From positions 62,001 through 126,000 of the forward strand of contig JAQGDQ010000361.1 in assembly GCA_030141605.1 (NCBI GenBank): a DNA stretch of 64,000 nt, given 5' to 3'. The notes beneath the pieces are model-generated. The model was not told the origin of the DNA and ran no database searches. It saw only the letters and a program-made list of their open reading frames with translations. The translations under genes were made by a program, and so were the position numbers. Each line of letters begins with the position of its first letter. Position 1 is the stretch's first letter. Shown here piece by piece: positions 62,780 to 64,000 of the stretch. Source of the stretch: Tubiluchus corallicola. Taxonomy: Eukaryota; Animalia; Priapulida.

Positions 62780-63293
62780 CTGTGGCGGCTAGGTACCGAT
62801 AAAAGGTACTGTGGAACTGCAGCACCCTCTATTTTCACTCAACATTATCGCTAATAATGAATATAATAAGTCTTTTTTCTTTAGTCCTTTCTTTACACTT
62901 GTACGGAACCAGAGTACGTGAGGGTACTACTGTTTGCCTCACAGCCTAGCACAGAGCGCTCCAGCAACGTGATGTTTGGCTGTTGTGCCCTTGCCGCCAT
63001 ACCGCGCCAGATAGAGAAAGTACTGTCGCTCACACAGTTTGTTGTCAGTTGTCATGTGCTTACCGCGAACGGATCAAGCGTGAACTGTGATAGTTTAGAC
63101 TATTCATAAGCAAAAAATACTTTTTTGTTTTTGATTTTATTAAGTTTGTCTATAAACTGTTTGTTTAAAAGCACAATTACAAATTACAATATCAAAATTA
63201 CATATGTTTGTTTCGTTTTACTCAGTATAAAAACAATGGCTGAATATTTTCTGCAGCAGCGCCCCCATTAATTTTAGTTGCGAGCCGCCACAG
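62780..63293 (+). mobile_element. hAT-like MITE (same family as 27082-27640)
   Basis: Perfect 11-bp TIR CTGTGGCGGCT / AGCCGCCACAG; AT-rich flanks with no exact TSD. Confidence 0.75.
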
Positions 63294-63663
63294 ATTTTTA
63301 CTGTCTTTACTGTGAACATAGTCGCAGTATCGAACTCACGACCTCCAAGACGCACTACCACTAGCATCTAGTCAAGACTATATACCGTCTATAATAGCAA
63401 CAAAATAGCATTCGACAACAACAGCGACAACGACAGCGACAACAACAACTACAACAGCAATAACAAGTGCAGCAGCAGTGAAACAACAGTAACGCTGCAG
63501 AAGCTAGTCTAAGACTCTCATCAAAGCACCACATTGATTATAGCCTGTAAGTCATTAAGAAGACAGCAAAATGGATTAGATTTTACATGAATGGTTCAAC
63601 AAGTTTCAGACTTCGCTAATGGGCCTGTCAAAGCCTGACAAAGATTCCAGCCCAATAACTTAC

Positions 63664-63831
63664 ACAAGACAATTAGAAAAGACGCAATCTCCATCATGGG
63701 CTGTGACAGATGACAACGTAGAATGAGGCAACAGTTTCGACAAAAAGGTGAACGAGCGAATCAAAGCAGCGCGTTCTTGTAATGTTTGCTTTTTCTGCCG
63801 CGTGGTGGCAGTGGCTTGATCTTGTTGGCCT
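63664..63831 (-). other. Candidate 168-nt exon of an unidentified gene
   Basis: Acceptor TTTTTCAG (AG at 63833-63832) and donor GTAAGT (63663-63658); non-repetitive, higher GC. Confidence 0.45.
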
Positions 63832-64000
63832 CTGAAAAATTCTAGGACAACAACCGCCCACATTATTTTGTTGTATAACAGTTTCATTGAAAATAAAAGA
63901 TTACGCGACAAGTTAGTCTGATTCGTGGATGAGCAGGGATGTAAAAATCTACTAACTCCCAACAGTCAAAAAACCTTAAAGATGAATTAGGCCTATGTTC

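Overview
AT-rich, microsatellite-dense animal genomic DNA, most likely an invertebrate and possibly a lophotrochozoan (inferred from Meta-like SINE cores and the repeat landscape). Two well-supported genes have uninterrupted CDSs: a GT11 alpha-1,2-fucosyltransferase (23292-24332, -) and a TMEM200-family membrane protein (50516-52510, +). Most of the rest is repeats: at least three TTAA-flanked Kolobok/T2-like MITE families, an AT-flanked TIR MITE family, hAT MITEs with 8-bp TSDs, a Harbinger-like MITE, decayed CR1/L2 fragments, tRNA-derived SINEs, three minisatellites (21, 28 and 32 bp) and many simple repeats. Most ORF-track entries are translated microsatellites. I saw no CRISPR array, rRNA or intact tRNA. 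I cannot demonstrate a new biological system. The best leads are a Kolobok-like MITE occurring in long and short forms with two alternative ends, a CRE-rich 32-bp array downstream of TMEM200, and a candidate minus-strand exon near the window end that could imply a large host gene. Alignments were done by eye, so boundaries without TSDs are approximate.
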